A DNA stretch of 63,236 nucleotides, the filler included, from Octopus bimaculoides (lineage: Eukaryota): NCBI RefSeq assembly GCF_001194135.2. It is 3 parts of 3 records of this genome, joined end to end, with 100 filler letters (N's around TTAATTAATTAA, not from the genome) between each part and the next. Parts side by side here need not be neighbours in the genome. Positions count along the whole stretch, not along the records: positions 1 to 29,600 come from NC_068993.1; 2 more parts are not named here. One strand, given 5' to 3'. A model generated the notes under the pieces. That model saw only the letters and a list, made by a program, of their open reading frames with translations, was not told the DNA's origin and searched no databases. This document shows positions 1-12,782 of the stretch, piece after piece. The position numbers and the translations under genes were made by a program. The number at the start of each line of letters is the position of its first letter. The first letter of the stretch is position 1.

Positions 1-360
1 AAATCAATATTTTTCTATCCTTCCTTAATACTGGTTCCCATATGCTGCTCATATCTACACTCGGTCTGCTTAGGAGGTTGTTGTGTCCTAACATATGTGC
101 TGCTTCTTTTAGTTTTCGTATTTTCCAGTGGTGTTCTCTGTCTATTAGTTTAACTTCATCCCACAGGGAGAGGTGGTCTACATTTTTCCATACATGATCA
201 GCTATACCCGATTTATCAATATCTCCTCGTGTCACAAATTTGCGATGTTCGTCTACCCTTATTTTGAGGGGGCGACATGTTTCACCTTTATATAACCTAC
301 CACAGTTGCATGGGATGGAGTACACGCAGTCTTTGGTCATATTCTCTTCTATTGGTGTTC
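1..360 (-). mobile_element. Penelope-like element, GIY-YIG endonuclease coding fragment (5'-truncated, runs off window start)
   Basis: Manual minus-strand translation is open for about 120 codons: RTPIEENMTKDCVYSIPCNCGRLYKGETCRPLKIRVDEHRKFVTRGDIDKSGIADHVWKNVDHLSLWDEVKLIDREHHWKIRKLKEAAHM. This shows the VY-x-IPC-x-CG-x2-YxGET-x-R-x-L-x2-R-x2-EH pattern of PLE GIY-YIG domains. It is absent from the ORF track, probably because no stop falls in the window. Confidence 0.9.
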
Positions 361-371
361 TTTTTATTATT

Positions 372-455
372 AACAGCGACTTTGAAGTTTCCGCCAGCTA
401 AGCCATTGTCAGACAATGGCTTAACAAGCCAAAACTTTGAACTCCCTGTCAACAA
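372..455. ncRNA. Head-to-head pair of degenerate hammerhead-like cores (PLE pLTR-type)
   Basis: Minus from 412: CTGACAAT-GGC-TTAGCTG-GCG-GAAAC-TTCAAA-GTC. Plus from 412: GACAAT-GGC-TTAACAA-GCC-AAAAC-TTTGAA-CTC. The perfect 12-bp inverted repeat 399-410/412-423 marks the junction. Confidence 0.6.
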
Positions 456-759
456 CATTCTTGTTTAAGGATAATAAATTTGTAGTGTACCGAAGTATAG
501 ATTAATGTGAAGCTGTTTTTTTACATTCCCTACTCTTTCTACAAATGGTGGGTGCAGCAATGAGCTATTACAGTGCATGGCCCTTTACTACTACTACTAC
601 TACTACTGGGTCAGGTGGGATTTACTAAAGCAGATGAAAATAAGATGAGGGTAATAAAGATGTTGATGGTGATAACAAAATGTGGGAATGGTGTTGATGA
701 CAAGCATTATGATGACAAAGGCCATGATAATAATAATGTTGAGCGGGGAGATGAGAACA

Positions 760-925
760 GCAATGATGATGATGATGATGACAGTGACGACAAGAATGAT
801 GACAAGGATAATGATGAAAGTAATAATGACAATGATGATGACGATGACGACAACATCTACTTGTGCTGTTCCTGACAATGATAACGTTAATGATGATAAA
901 AAGAATGATGTTGATGATGATGACA
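760..925. repeat. Degenerate (GAT/GAC)n trinucleotide microsatellite
   Basis: Direct inspection; it gives the poly-D, poly-M and poly-I ORFs at 573-951. Confidence 0.9.
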
Positions 926-1479
926 ATGATGGTAATAAAGCTTTGATTTAAATAGACAAACTAATAATGATAATAAAAAGAAACAAACATCACTTAGCAA
1001 ATAAAGAAAACATCTTCCCCTTCCTCCTCCTCTCCCAAGAAAACAACAATCAAGAAAACAGAAAAAAGAATTTAAAAAAAAATCACTAAATTTTCTGTGA
1101 TAATATTTTATTCCCTAAATTGATAATATTTTAATCCCTTAATTTTGAATACTGATCCGATGTTGATAGAATCCTAGCCAGAAATATATGTCATTAATTT
1201 TATCGTTCATTAATTAAGTAGGGGCACATAATTATTTAGGTTTAAATCAGAATAAAAAAATAATAAAACAAGAAAATAAGTTGATAACAAAAATTAAAAC
1301 AATAAAAAGCAGAAAAATGAAAAGAAAAATAGAAAAATAATAAAAAGGGGAACACCAAAAACAAAAACTAGGGAAATTAAGCAAAAACATAAACAGTAAG
1401 GATACAATAAAGAACAAAAACTGAAAAGAGCAACCAAAAATATATATAAGAATGCATAAAAAGCATATAAAAACATACT

Positions 1480-1700
1480 CTTTTACTTGTTTCAGTCATT
1501 TGACTGTGGTCATGCTGGAGCACCACATTTAGTTGAGCAAATCGACCCCAGGACTTATTCTTTGTAAGCCTAGTACTTATTCTATCGGTCTCTTTTGCCA
1601 AACCGCTAAGTTACAGGGACGTAAACACACCAGCATCGGTTGTCAAGTGATGTTGGGGGGACAAACACAGAAACTCAAACATATACACACACATACATAC
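1480..1700 (-). mobile_element. SINE family B, 3' portion
   Basis: CTCTTTTACTTGTTTCAGTCATTTGACTG...GCTGGAGCACC...GACAAACACAG matches 8815-9030 and the fragments at 17700 and 34715. Confidence 0.75.
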
Positions 1701-1825
1701 ACATATATATACATATATATACGATGTTTGTGAATTGAAACAATTGTAGGTGAATATGTTGATTAATTAATAAATTAATTTGTATCCATTAGATCTGTTT
1801 TCTAGCTTTAATATATATATATATA

Positions 1826-1858
<33 letters not shown>

Positions 1859-2303
1859 ACATATACATACATACATACACACGTGCACATATACATACAC
1901 ACGTGCACATATACAGGCTGCGATAGGTAAATTGTTGCCATTTTATATCTTTAATTTTCTCACATGCATATTGTTTGGATTTTGATTTTATCGACTACAC
2001 AGAATAGTAGGGTCAGTTGGGCACCATCTATGAGAAAAACAGCACCATGGCGCAATTCACTCTGCCAGAAATTTAGAAATGACATGCTGTACTCTTTGGC
2101 ATTCCCACTGGAAGATCTAATACAAACAGATGGTGAACACAACAACCATTGGCTTGCTTTGTCCCCAAAACATATACTGAGAGTGATAAAAATCAAACAT
2201 CCAGTCAACACCATATTGTTTGGAGTGATCACTGTTTTTTTTTTCCCTTTGTCATCTCATTTTCTTATTACCTCTTCATACTCATCCTACACTTCGTTTT
2301 GAA

Positions 2304-2342
<39 letters not shown>

Positions 2343-2541
2343 AGACAATATGGCAAATGTTAGGGTGAAAGTATAGAGATTACTAAAAGAAAATCAAAAG
2401 AGAAAGAATACAGAAAACAGATATGATAATGGTAAAGTAAGAAGAGAAAATGGTAAAATAATGGAGTTGATTTTCTTTGGTTGTTGATAATTAATTATTG
2501 TATCTTTTGACTATCTTACACTTCATTAAACCTTAACACAT

Positions 2542-2596
<55 letters not shown>

Positions 2597-2667
2597 CACA
2601 TAATATAATAATGTTTGTACTCATGCATTCACTATACATACTTGTATATATACTTCATTCTTGTGAT

Positions 2668-2698
<31 letters not shown>

Positions 2699-2885
2699 CA
2701 TACATACATACACACACACATGTATATATGCACTTCTCCCTATTTCGTTTGATTCCGGCACTTCCTTGGTTGATGTAATTCCTCTTCATCTTTCGTGCAA
2801 AGGTCCAGTAAACATATTCATGCATAATTCATTTAGCGTAGCATCGTGAAGTCAATTGTAACAGCCACAATAGATATGCACTACC

Positions 2886-2917
<32 letters not shown>

Positions 2918-3775
2918 ACTCATATGATGTAGCTATATATAATACATATATATTTATGTGTGTGTGTGTGTATATACATATAAAGATATAACTATATGTA
3001 TATATAGACATATATTTATATATATGCAGGCTCATTTTTACATTATTTAGCCATGCTAAATATATACATAGAAAACACATATATACATAAAACATACTTA
3101 TATACATACACACGCACACACACACATATATACAGTCGTTTTATCATCATTATTTTATGATTTTTACTTTGTATTACATTATACTTATTTATCGTGCATT
3201 TACTTATTAATTTTTCTATATGTGACTGTGGATTTTCATGGATGAGTTCATGAACTTTGGTTCTTTTCTCTAAAACTATATATTCATATATATATATATA
3301 TATATATATAAGCATGCAATTACACAAATATGTTGGGCGATATACNNNNNNNNNNNNNNNNNNNNNNNNNNNNNNNNNNNNNNNNNNNNNNNNNNNNNNN
3401 NNNNNNNNNNNNNNNNNNNNNNNNNNNNNNNNNNNNNNNNNNNNNNNNNNNNNNNNNNNNNNNNNNNNNNNNNNNNNNNNNNNNNNNNNNNNNNNNNNNN
3501 NNNNNNNNNNNNNNNNNNNNCTGCTTAATGAGACAATACATGTTTGTCTTTCAAATTTAAACATTTTTTTTATATTTGCTATTTTGATTTTGCAAAATAT
3601 CGTAGTGAAAATATTTGCCATTTGTAAACTCTCCAAAAATTAATTTGAAGTTCAACACACACATACACACACATGTTAACTCATAAACACATAGAAAGTG
3701 AGATTGGGGCACCTCAGCCTTGGAGAAACAAGAAAGATGTACTTCAAAAATGTAGACCTAAGCAGAAGGATATAG

Positions 3776-3860
<85 letters not shown>

Positions 3861-3974
3861 GGATAGTGTAGAAATCTGAGAGAAATGAAGGGGAGGAGGA
3901 GAGTGAGAGGTGGTAGAAAGAGAGAGGGAAGAGAAGGAAGGAGAGAGTTACCATTTAATGGGTGCCATTTAAAG

Positions 3975-4215
3975 GTTTAGTGCTTTAGGGTTTTGGTCCC
4001 ATGATCGTAAGATTGTGGTTTGGATTCTTGGACCAGGTGAAGCATTGTGTTCTTGAGCAAAACACTTCATATCACATTGTCCCAGTCTACTCAGCCAGCA
4101 AAAGTGAGTTATCCTGCAATGGACTGGCATCCTATCCAGATGGTGAATATTTACACCATGAAACCAGGAAACTGGCCCCTATGAGTCTGTGTGATTCAAG
4201 AAGATAACTTTACCT
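3975..4215 (+). mobile_element. tRNA-head SINE (family G)
   Basis: ATCGTAAGATTGTGGTTTGGATTC...TTGTGTTCTTGAGCAAAACACTTC aligns with the reverse complement of 31335-31452. Confidence 0.55.
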
Positions 4216-4249
4216 TATTTTTTAAAACTATTTTAGAAGCATGATCCCT

Positions 4250-5223
4250 TGACCTTTGCCTTTCATCTATCCCAGGTCAATAAAATAAGTAGCAATCTGG
4301 TAGTGGAGTTGATGTGTTCAACTAGCCCATCCCCTCAAAATTTCAGGCTTTGTGTCTAAATTAGAGACGAGTGTGGTGGAGTGGGACAATGGTTAGAATG
4401 CCTTGTGATATGTGTTATGCTGCTTTACATTCAGAGTTCAAATCCTGGCTGAGGACCACTTCATCTTTCACAAACAGTGGATTGATAGAATCAGAGTGTC
4501 ATAAAAATATGTGTTGTGGTATCTTCTAGGTCTTTATGTCCTGAGTTCAATTCTCACTTGAATCAACTTTATTTTTCATCTTTTCAGGGTTGATGTACCA
4601 GCTAGACACTGGGGGTCAATGTAATCAACTTACTTCTCCCTTAAAATTCTTAAGCTTCTGCCAAAATTGATTCTTAAGGCAGTGAGCTGGCAGAATTATT
4701 AGTACATTGGACAAAATGCTTAGCAGCACTTCTTCCAGCTCTTTATGTTCTGAGTTCAAATTCTGTCAAAGTCAGCTTTATCACTCATTCTTTCAGGGCC
4801 AGTAAGAGGAACCAGTTGAGCACTGAAATCGATGTAATTGACTAGCCCCTCCCCACAAAATTTCCATCTTTCTGTCTATAGTAAATATAATAATTATTAT
4901 GATTTTTAAGGCATTGAGATGGCAGAGTCATTAGTGTATTCGACAAAATCATTTGCAGCATTTCTTCTGGCTCTTTGGTTCTAAGTTCAAATTCTACCAA
5001 GGTCTTGACTGACATACTTTGGGGGTTGATGAAATAAAGTACCAGTTGAGTAATGCATGTCAATGGGATCAATTTACCCCTTCCTGAAAATTACTATTAT
5101 TAGGTCAACTTTGCCTTTCATCTTTTTGGGGTTGATAAATTAAGTAGCAGTTGCATCCTGAGGTAGATCTAATCGACTGGCCCCCTCCCCCAAAACTTCG
5201 GGCCTTGTACCTAGAGTAGAAAA

Positions 5224-5271
<48 letters not shown>

Positions 5272-6121
5272 AGGCAGCGAGCTGGCAGAATCATTAGCAC
5301 GCTGGGTGAAATGCTTAGTGGTATTTTGTCTGCCGCTATGTTGCAAGTTCAAATTCCACCAAAGTCAACTTTGCCTTTCGGGGTTGGTTAAATAAGTACC
5401 AGTTATGCACTGGGGTCGATGAGATCGACTAGCTCCTCCCCCAAATTTCAGGCCTTGTGCCTATAGTAGAAAGGATTATTATTATTTTTATTGGTGAGTT
5501 GCTGACGGAACTGTTAGCACACCAGGCAAAATCCTTTGCAGCATTTTGTCCATCTTTATATCGTGAGTTCAAATCCTGCCAAGGTTGACTTTGCCTTTCA
5601 TCCTATTGGGTTCGATAAAATAAGTATCTGTTGAACACTAGGTTGATATAATCCACTTACACCCTCCCTTGATCTTGCTGGTCTTGTGCCAAAATTTGAA
5701 ACCATTATTATTGTTATTATTATTAAGGCGGTGAGCTGGCGGAATCATTAGTATATGGGGCCAAATTTCTTCATAGCATTTCATCAGTCTTTACATCCTG
5801 CCCGAGTTTGAATTCCACTGAAGCTGATTTTACCTTTCATCCTTCTGGGTTTGATCAAATAAGCACTGGTCAAATACTGGGGTTAATGTGATCAACTAGC
5901 CCCCTCTCCCAAAATTTCAGACTTTGTGTTTATAGTAGAAAGGAGGGAAGGGGAATAGTCGATCACTTCGACTCCAGTGTTTCACTGGTACTTGATTTAT
6001 CGACCCTGAAAGATGAAAGGCAAAGTCAACCTCGGTGGAATTTGAACACAGAACGTGAAGATGGATGTATATCACTAATCATTTCACCCAGTGAGCTAAT
6101 GAATCTGCCAGCTAGCTGTCT
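4250..6121. mobile_element. Cluster of about 9 full or partial family A tRNA-derived SINEs (mostly +, last copy -)
   Basis: Repeated head AAGGCRGYGAGCTGGCAGAATC, box-B-like GAGTTCAAATTC and body CTTTGCCTTTCATCC-GGGGTYGATAAAATAAGTACCAG. Starts at about 4676, 4913, 5271, 5490 and 5725 (+), and 5950-6121 (-); several follow (ATT)n tracts. Confidence 0.9.
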
Positions 6122-6953
6122 TTCTAAAAACAATTAAATAATGGCTATTGTTTTAATTGAAGTAACTTGAGAAATAATTCCATAAACTGAAAGTCATATT
6201 CCAATCTTTATTTACTTTCTCACAAAATTTTATTTTTCCTGCCCATTTTGTAATCCCTGTCAAAGTTACATGCACATACATACAAACATGTGCACTTATA
6301 GACACAATTATAAACACACATACAAACACCCACACAGACATACATGCATGTATATACATAATTAAGCGTACTACCAAAAATGTATCTTAGAATTATAGAT
6401 TTGTAAATTAAATTTATTTTTGCTTAACCTAGGATTTGAAAAGAATAAAAAGAAATAATTTTTTTTTTAAACAAAGCAAAATATGTCAATAACAAAAAAA
6501 AAAGTTATGTGACATGAAAGAAAATAAAAAAAATTGATACCCAGGCATTCTCTCTTATTATTTTCAATCTCTTTTGAATAAATGGAATCTTTTTAAGTTC
6601 ATATTTTTTTGTTTTTATAACCAGTATGAATATCTAATTAAGACATTATTACTTTAATAACAACTTTAGAATTATAGATTTTTTTTGTTTGTATAAAACA
6701 ATATATATGTGTGTGTGCATGCGCGTGTGTGTGTGTGTATGTGTGTGTGTGTTACAATGGTTCAGTATTATTGATTTCCAATAGTGAATATTGGAATTAG
6801 GAATTACCTTTAAGATATATATTCTGTCTTCAATATTCTGTTATTGCCACCTCTCTCCCAGCCCAAAAATCAAATCCAAAACCATCTCTATTAAATATAT
6901 TCATATATATATGGGTGTGTATGTGTGTGTATGTACATTTCACATACATTTCT

Positions 6954-6992
<39 letters not shown>

Positions 6993-7070
6993 TGTGTTTA
7001 TATAGATATATATGTGTATGTATGTATGTGTATATATATTTGTATGTATATATGTTCATATAAGTTTATA

Positions 7071-7110
<40 letters not shown>

Positions 7111-8140
7111 TGTATATGTGTGTGTGTGTATATATATATTCATATAGATAGATATGTATATATATATGTGTATGTATGCGTGTGTGTATGTGTGTATATA
7201 TATATCTGTATATATATATATATATATTTATTTATTTATTAATACTATATATCTATATTTTCTTTTTATGTGATTTGTAATTTTTTATGTCCATAAAAAA
7301 ACAAGTTTATGATGTTTGAAAAAAAACACATTCACACTTAAATTCTTGCTTTGGCATTTGAAATACATTGCTGAAATGAAATTGAATTTAGAAATTAAGT
7401 TTGTTCTTATTCTTCCTTTAAGTAAATATATTACTCTTTGTCTCTCCCGATTTTTTCTGTACCATTTTTTCAGCAACAGGAATAAAATTTAAAAAAAAAA
7501 AGACCAAACAAATCTTTTGTTTTTTTTTATGAAGTTTTGAAAAATATGCTCTTTAATTTTGAATTCTTGAAGAAATTTTAGAAAAAAGAAATATAATAGA
7601 AATACTTTATTGAATAGTCCCTTCCCTTCAAGAATTTCGCTATGTTATGACTTCTGGGGCAAGCAAAAAGAAAAAGAAATAAAAAAGAGAAAAGAAATTG
7701 AAATGAAAATAAAAAGAAAGAAGTAAAAGTTCTGCCTGCGCATGTGAATAAAACGTTTAATTTTGTTTAATGTTGTATTGAGAAAACAGAAATCAGGTGT
7801 TGGGCTACGATTGGGTAAGGTGGTGGGTGGTTGAAATCATTGTTAAATTAATTTTTGTAAGGAATTGCCTTGAAATGAAATTTGAATTACACAGGGGGAT
7901 ATTTTTCTGAATTTATTGGAAAATAATTTCTTCTCCCTGCCAGGACTTTATGAATTTGCTGAAAGAAAATTATTGGAAACGGTTTATAATGAAAGCATAT
8001 GTATGCGAATACTATTTTGTACATGTGTTTCTAGATGTGCATCTCTCTCTTTCTCTCTCTCTATATATATGTATATCTACCCTGTATGTATATATGTATA
8101 CATATATGTGTGAGTGTGTGTATGTATATATACATATACA

Positions 8141-8281
8141 CCTCTGTTTATTTCTGCATTCCTTTCTAGCGAAGAGCATAGGCTTAAAACGTAAAAGACT
8201 TTCTCACTTCCTGAGCGTTAAACTAATACATCTGTTTGTAGTTTACACACCCATCTTCATCTTTTGCTCTTTTGTAAATTC

Positions 8282-8285
<4 letters not shown>
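8141..8285 (+). mobile_element. About 145-bp interspersed repeat (family E) with degenerate hammerhead-like core
   Basis: Aligns over its length with the reverse complement of 63091-63236. Core 8161-8197: CCTTT-CTAGCGA-A-GAGC-ATAG-GCTT-AAAAC-GT-A-AAAG. Confidence 0.65.
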
Positions 8286-8318
<33 letters not shown>

Positions 8319-8319
8319 T

Positions 8320-8530
8320 GCTGAGTTGCAGAATCATTAGCACACTGGCTGAAATGCTTAATGGTATTTCATCTGCCCCTATGTTCTGAGTTCAAATTTC
8401 ACTGAGGCCACCTTTACCTTTTATTCTTTCAGGGTCGGTAAAATAAGTACTATTGAAACAATGGGGTCGATGTAATTGACTCTTCCTTTCCCCAACATTT
8501 CAGTCCTTGTGCCTATAGTAGGAAAGGAAA
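8320..8530 (+). mobile_element. Family A SINE
   Basis: GCTGAGTTGCAGAATCATTAGCAC...GAGTTCAAATTTC...GGGTCGGTAAAATAAGTAC...CCTTGTGCCTATAGTAGG. Confidence 0.85.
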
Positions 8531-8762
8531 GTGTGTGTGTGTATATATATATATATATGTATATATATATGCTAGCATGGAAAACAGATGATAAATGATG
8601 ATGGTGATGATGACAATACACACACACATATATATAATTCAATAATAGGATAAAGTCTTTAAGAATTTATCAAGTAGTTAGCATGAAAAATACTCATAAG
8701 GGAAAAACCCATTTATTTCCTATAAATATATTTATTAATTTATAGTAATGCCCTTACATAAA

Positions 8763-8802
<40 letters not shown>

Positions 8803-8814
8803 TATATCTTCTGT

Positions 8815-9200
8815 CATTTATTTGTTTCAATCATTAGATTGAGCCAATGCTGGAGCAGTGCCTTTAAGAATTTTTGTTGCATGAATCAACTATATTATTT
8901 ACTATTTTTTAAGTCTGGTGCTTATAATATCAATCTTTTTTGCTGAACAGTGAAGTTGCAGGGATATAAACACACCAACACCAGTCGTCAAGCAGTGATT
9001 GAGGACAAACAGATACAAAGACACACACACATGAACGATAGGCTTCTTTTAGTTTCTGTCTACCAAATTCACTCACTAGGCTTTGGTCAGCCTAAGACCA
9101 CAATAGGAGACATGTGCCTAAGGTGTCACACAGTGGGACTGAACCTGGAACTATGTGGTTGAAAAGCAAGCTTCTTGCTACACAGCCACACCTGTGCCTA
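8815..9200 (-). mobile_element. Family B SINE (tRNA head, CORE-like CTTGGGCAAGTG body), near full length
   Basis: Minus-strand head GTGGCTGTGTAGCAAGAAGCTTGC...GGTTCAGTCCCACTG; the same head occurs at 22505-22660 (-), 26915 (+) and 61490 (+). The CORE assignment is by resemblance only. Confidence 0.75.
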
Positions 9201-9407
9201 TATATATATATTTACCAAGATACTTATTTGAGCATCTGGGACATTTTCTTCAATTAATTGTTCCCTAAACAGTCTGTTTCTTCTCAGTCTTGGACATTTA
9301 GTTGCTTGTTTTCATTTTCTCTTTTGGGGTTTTGGCCATCGAGGTGTTTAGTTGATTAGCATAATAATGAGTAGTAACCAGTTTGGATGTAAAAATGTTA
9401 TCATCAT

Positions 9408-9855
9408 CATCGTTTAACGTCCGCTTTCCATGCTAGCATGGGTTGTACGATTTGACTGAGGACTGGTGGACCAGGAGGTGACACCAGGCTCCAATCTGAT
9501 TTGGCAGAGTTTCTACAGCTGGATGCCCTTCCTAACGCCAACCACTCTGAGAGTGTAGTGGGTGCTTTTACGTGTCACCGGCACGAAGGCCAGTCAGGAG
9601 GTACTGGCAACAGCCACGCTCGAAATGGTGTATTTTACGTGCCACCTGCACAAGGGCCAGTCCAGCGGTACTGGCAATGAACTCGCTCGAATGTCTTTTC
9701 ACGTGCTACTGGCACAAGTGCCAGGAAGGCGACGTTGGTAATGGTCACGCTCAAATGGTGCTATTTACGGGCCACCGGCACGAAAGCCAGACAGCTGGTG
9801 CTCTGGCAACGATCACACTCGGACGGTGCTCTTAGTGATTTACTGGTACAGGTGT
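9408..9855 (-). mobile_element. Family C retroposon with (GAT)n tail and about 60-bp internal tandem modules
   Basis: Shares GGTTGGCGTTAGGAAGGGCATCCAGCTGTAGAAAC and the tail with 15262-15457 (+), 13880-14065 (+), 25688-26270 (-) and 26700-26880 (-). Confidence 0.85.
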
Positions 9856-10077
9856 TATGTATCTGAATAAAATTTTAAAAGCTTGTAAAACAAACTTTAC
9901 ATTTTTGATGTCTGCCCTTGTGTATCAAGGGCAAGCCCTTCCTTAGATAATTTAAGTCCTGTTTTTTTTTCCTTTCACAAGTACTCTAAGGAAATTTTCA
10001 TTTGGTAAGGCTTAAAGAAGTTAAGTCTTGAAGAGAAAAGCAAAAGCTATCTCATCCCATTACAAGAGTCAATTATA

Positions 10078-10094
<17 letters not shown>

Positions 10095-10108
<14 letters not shown>

Positions 10109-10712
10109 TAATAATCTTTTCTATAAGCACAAGGCCTGAAATTTTTTGGGGAAGGGACTAGTCGATTACATCGACCCAGTGTTTCACTGGTACTTTTTAA
10201 ATCAGCCCTGAAAGGATGAAAGGCTGAATTTGAACTCAGAACGTAAATACTGCAAAGCATTTTGCCTGGTGTGCTAACAATTCTGCCAGCTTGGCACCAT
10301 AACAACAACAAATACTACTACTACGATAATAATAATAATAATAATAACAATAATAATAATAATAATAATTTAACTCTTTATTGCCCACAGGGGTTAAACA
10401 GACGCCAGAGCATAACTGGTACTTACTTAATTGACCCCAGAAGGATGAAAAGCAAAGTTGGCCTCGGTGGAATTTGAACTCAGAATGTAACGGCAGACAA
10501 AATACCGCTAAGCATTTTGCCTGGTGTGCAAATGATTCTGCCAGCTCGTTAGTTTGAAATTCTGGTACAAGGCCAGAAATTTTGGAGGAGGAGTAAATCA
10601 ATCATATTGATGACTGTGTTTAACTGGTACTTATTTTGGTCGACAGTGAAAGACAGTCAACCTTGGAAGAATTTGAACCCATTTTGTCCGCTAATGATTC
10701 TACCAGCTCACC
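10095..10712 (-). mobile_element. Three adjacent family A SINEs
   Basis: Reverse-complement head GATTCTGCCAGCT at about 10280, 10535 and 10697; AATTTGAACTCAGAACGT box at 10228 and 10471. Confidence 0.85.
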
Positions 10713-11424
10713 ACTTTACCACCACCAACAACACCAACGATAATAATAATAATAGTAATAACAAATTATTTATGAATGGGAATTTGTAAATACTTTTTAA
10801 GCTTCTTTCTTTAAACCGGACATTTCCATATTTTCATTCAGTAAGAATTTTCAATTAAAAATAAAAACAAGATATTTCTACTTTCCTTTATTATTATTAT
10901 TATTATTATTATGATTATTGTTGTTACTGCTGCTGCTATTATTGTTATTATTATTATTATTGCTGTTGTTGTTGATAGTCATATCGTGGGTGGAAATTTC
11001 ATTATAATGATATGTGTTTATTATATTATTATTTTTTGTTGTTGTAGTTGATATTTTTGATTATTCTACACTAAATTATCGGTCCATATGGAATATGGCA
11101 AAAATATAAAGAGCAGTAAAATAAATGAATAAAAATAGATAGAAATATAAAAAAAAATATATAAGGAGTGTATATAAAAAAATGTTATAATTTCAATTTT
11201 TTATGGCTCATGACCAACTCGTAAACCCACAAGTATACACACAACACCCATACACACACAAATGTACACACACACACAAATATTTGCTTGTATAAAATAT
11301 ATATTCAATTACTTATCTGTGTAAGTGTGGGTGTGTGTGCATACACACACAGGCACACACATATACATGCATATATATGTTTATATAAATGTGTATATAT
11401 ATGTGTGCGTGTGTATATATTATA

Positions 11425-11482
<58 letters not shown>

Positions 11483-11897
11483 CATATACACACGTGCACA
11501 CACACACACACACACAGATATTTACGTGTGTGTGTGTGTGTGTGTGTGTGTGAAGGCTGAGTGAAGGTGAGAGGTGTACAAGATTACTTTGCACTTGTAT
11601 CCAGTAGGTCGTCAGTCTGTTGATGGCATCTAAGCCATATCTAAGAAATGTTCAGGTCATAATCAGTGGCACCATTATTAATTTGATAACTTGAACTATA
11701 TCAAATTATATCNNNNNNNNNNGCACCATTATTAATTTGATAACTTGAACTATATCAAATTATATCGGCCCAGGGGTGTGGCTGTGTGTGTGTGTGTGTA
11801 TGGTCGTGGCAGGGGAAGTGGCGAGTTGGAGAAGGAAGAGGAAGAAAGTAGAAGGTGAGGAATAGAAAGCAAAGAAGGGAGCAACAGCAGCTACCTA

Positions 11898-11929
<32 letters not shown>

Positions 11930-11999
11930 GAACTCCCACTACTACTATTACCACCACTACTATCACCACCACTGCCACCTATATAATGATAATACATTC

Positions 12000-12215
12000 T
12001 CCTAAAAGCACAAGGCCTGAAATTTGGCAGGAGGGGGTTTAGTCAACTACATTGACCGCAGTGTTTCACTGGTACTTAATTTATTGGTCCTGAAAGGATG
12101 AAAGGCAAAGTCAACCTCAGCAGAATTTGAAAAATTTGGACTCAGATTGTAGCAATGAATAAAATGCTGGAAAGCATTTTGCCAGCTTTGCTACCGATTC
12201 TGCCAGCTCACCTCC
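12000..12215 (-). mobile_element. Family A SINE
   Basis: GCACAAGGCCTGAAATT...GGATGAAAGGCAAAGTCAACCTC...GATTCTGCCAGCTCAC. Confidence 0.85.
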
Positions 12216-12249
12216 TTAACAGTAATAATAATAATATATAAGGATAATG

Positions 12250-12281
<32 letters not shown>

Positions 12282-12782
12282 TGTTATCATGTACATTGTT
12301 TTGTCTTGGTATAAAAGATGGGCTACAGCAAATATTCTGCTTAATACTACAGATTTGCTTGTCAGTTGTTTGACCATAACCAGTTGAGCATGTCCCTTAG
12401 TGGCTGACGATATGTGCATCTCTGATCATGAGCAGAAGTAGTAGGGGAAGCATCAAAGTCATGTGTTGAGGGGAATTCTTTGGGGTTTGAATTATTCACC
12501 TTTGGAAACATGGGTGTTTTGCTCAACATCCTTAAACAACCCTTATTCAGGGACATTTTGAGTGGGATAGGCTACTCGACCTGAAGAAAATTCTAACTGA
12601 GCCCCACCTGCGAGGTCATGTACTGTTTATTTTGATAAGAGATCACCATGTCATGCACATATGGTTGTGATGCATGTGCCTGGTGTACCCTTATCAGATG
12701 GGTAGTCATGATGGGTATATTGGGCTTCGTATATTTTACCCCAGTGTCACTTTGATGGCATGCACTGCTCTCTCAGTCAATA
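12282..12782 (-). mobile_element. About 500-bp interspersed repeat (family D), flanked by (TAA)n
   Basis: The reverse complement matches 48486-48848; the two ORF-track peptides MHISSATK(G/S)HAQLV(M/K)VKQLT show the same homology. No protein family recognised. Confidence 0.8.

Noticed and set aside
5271-5360. tRNA-like A/B boxes in SINE heads
   Set aside because: They continue into SINE bodies and lack a full cloverleaf; not tRNA genes.
7930-8005. Acceptor-like TTCTTCTCCCTGCCAG with a short open frame
   Set aside because: Weak donor and no recognisable peptide.
11669-11766. Exact 44-bp direct repeat around 10 Ns
   Set aside because: Typical unmerged contig overlap, not a real duplication.
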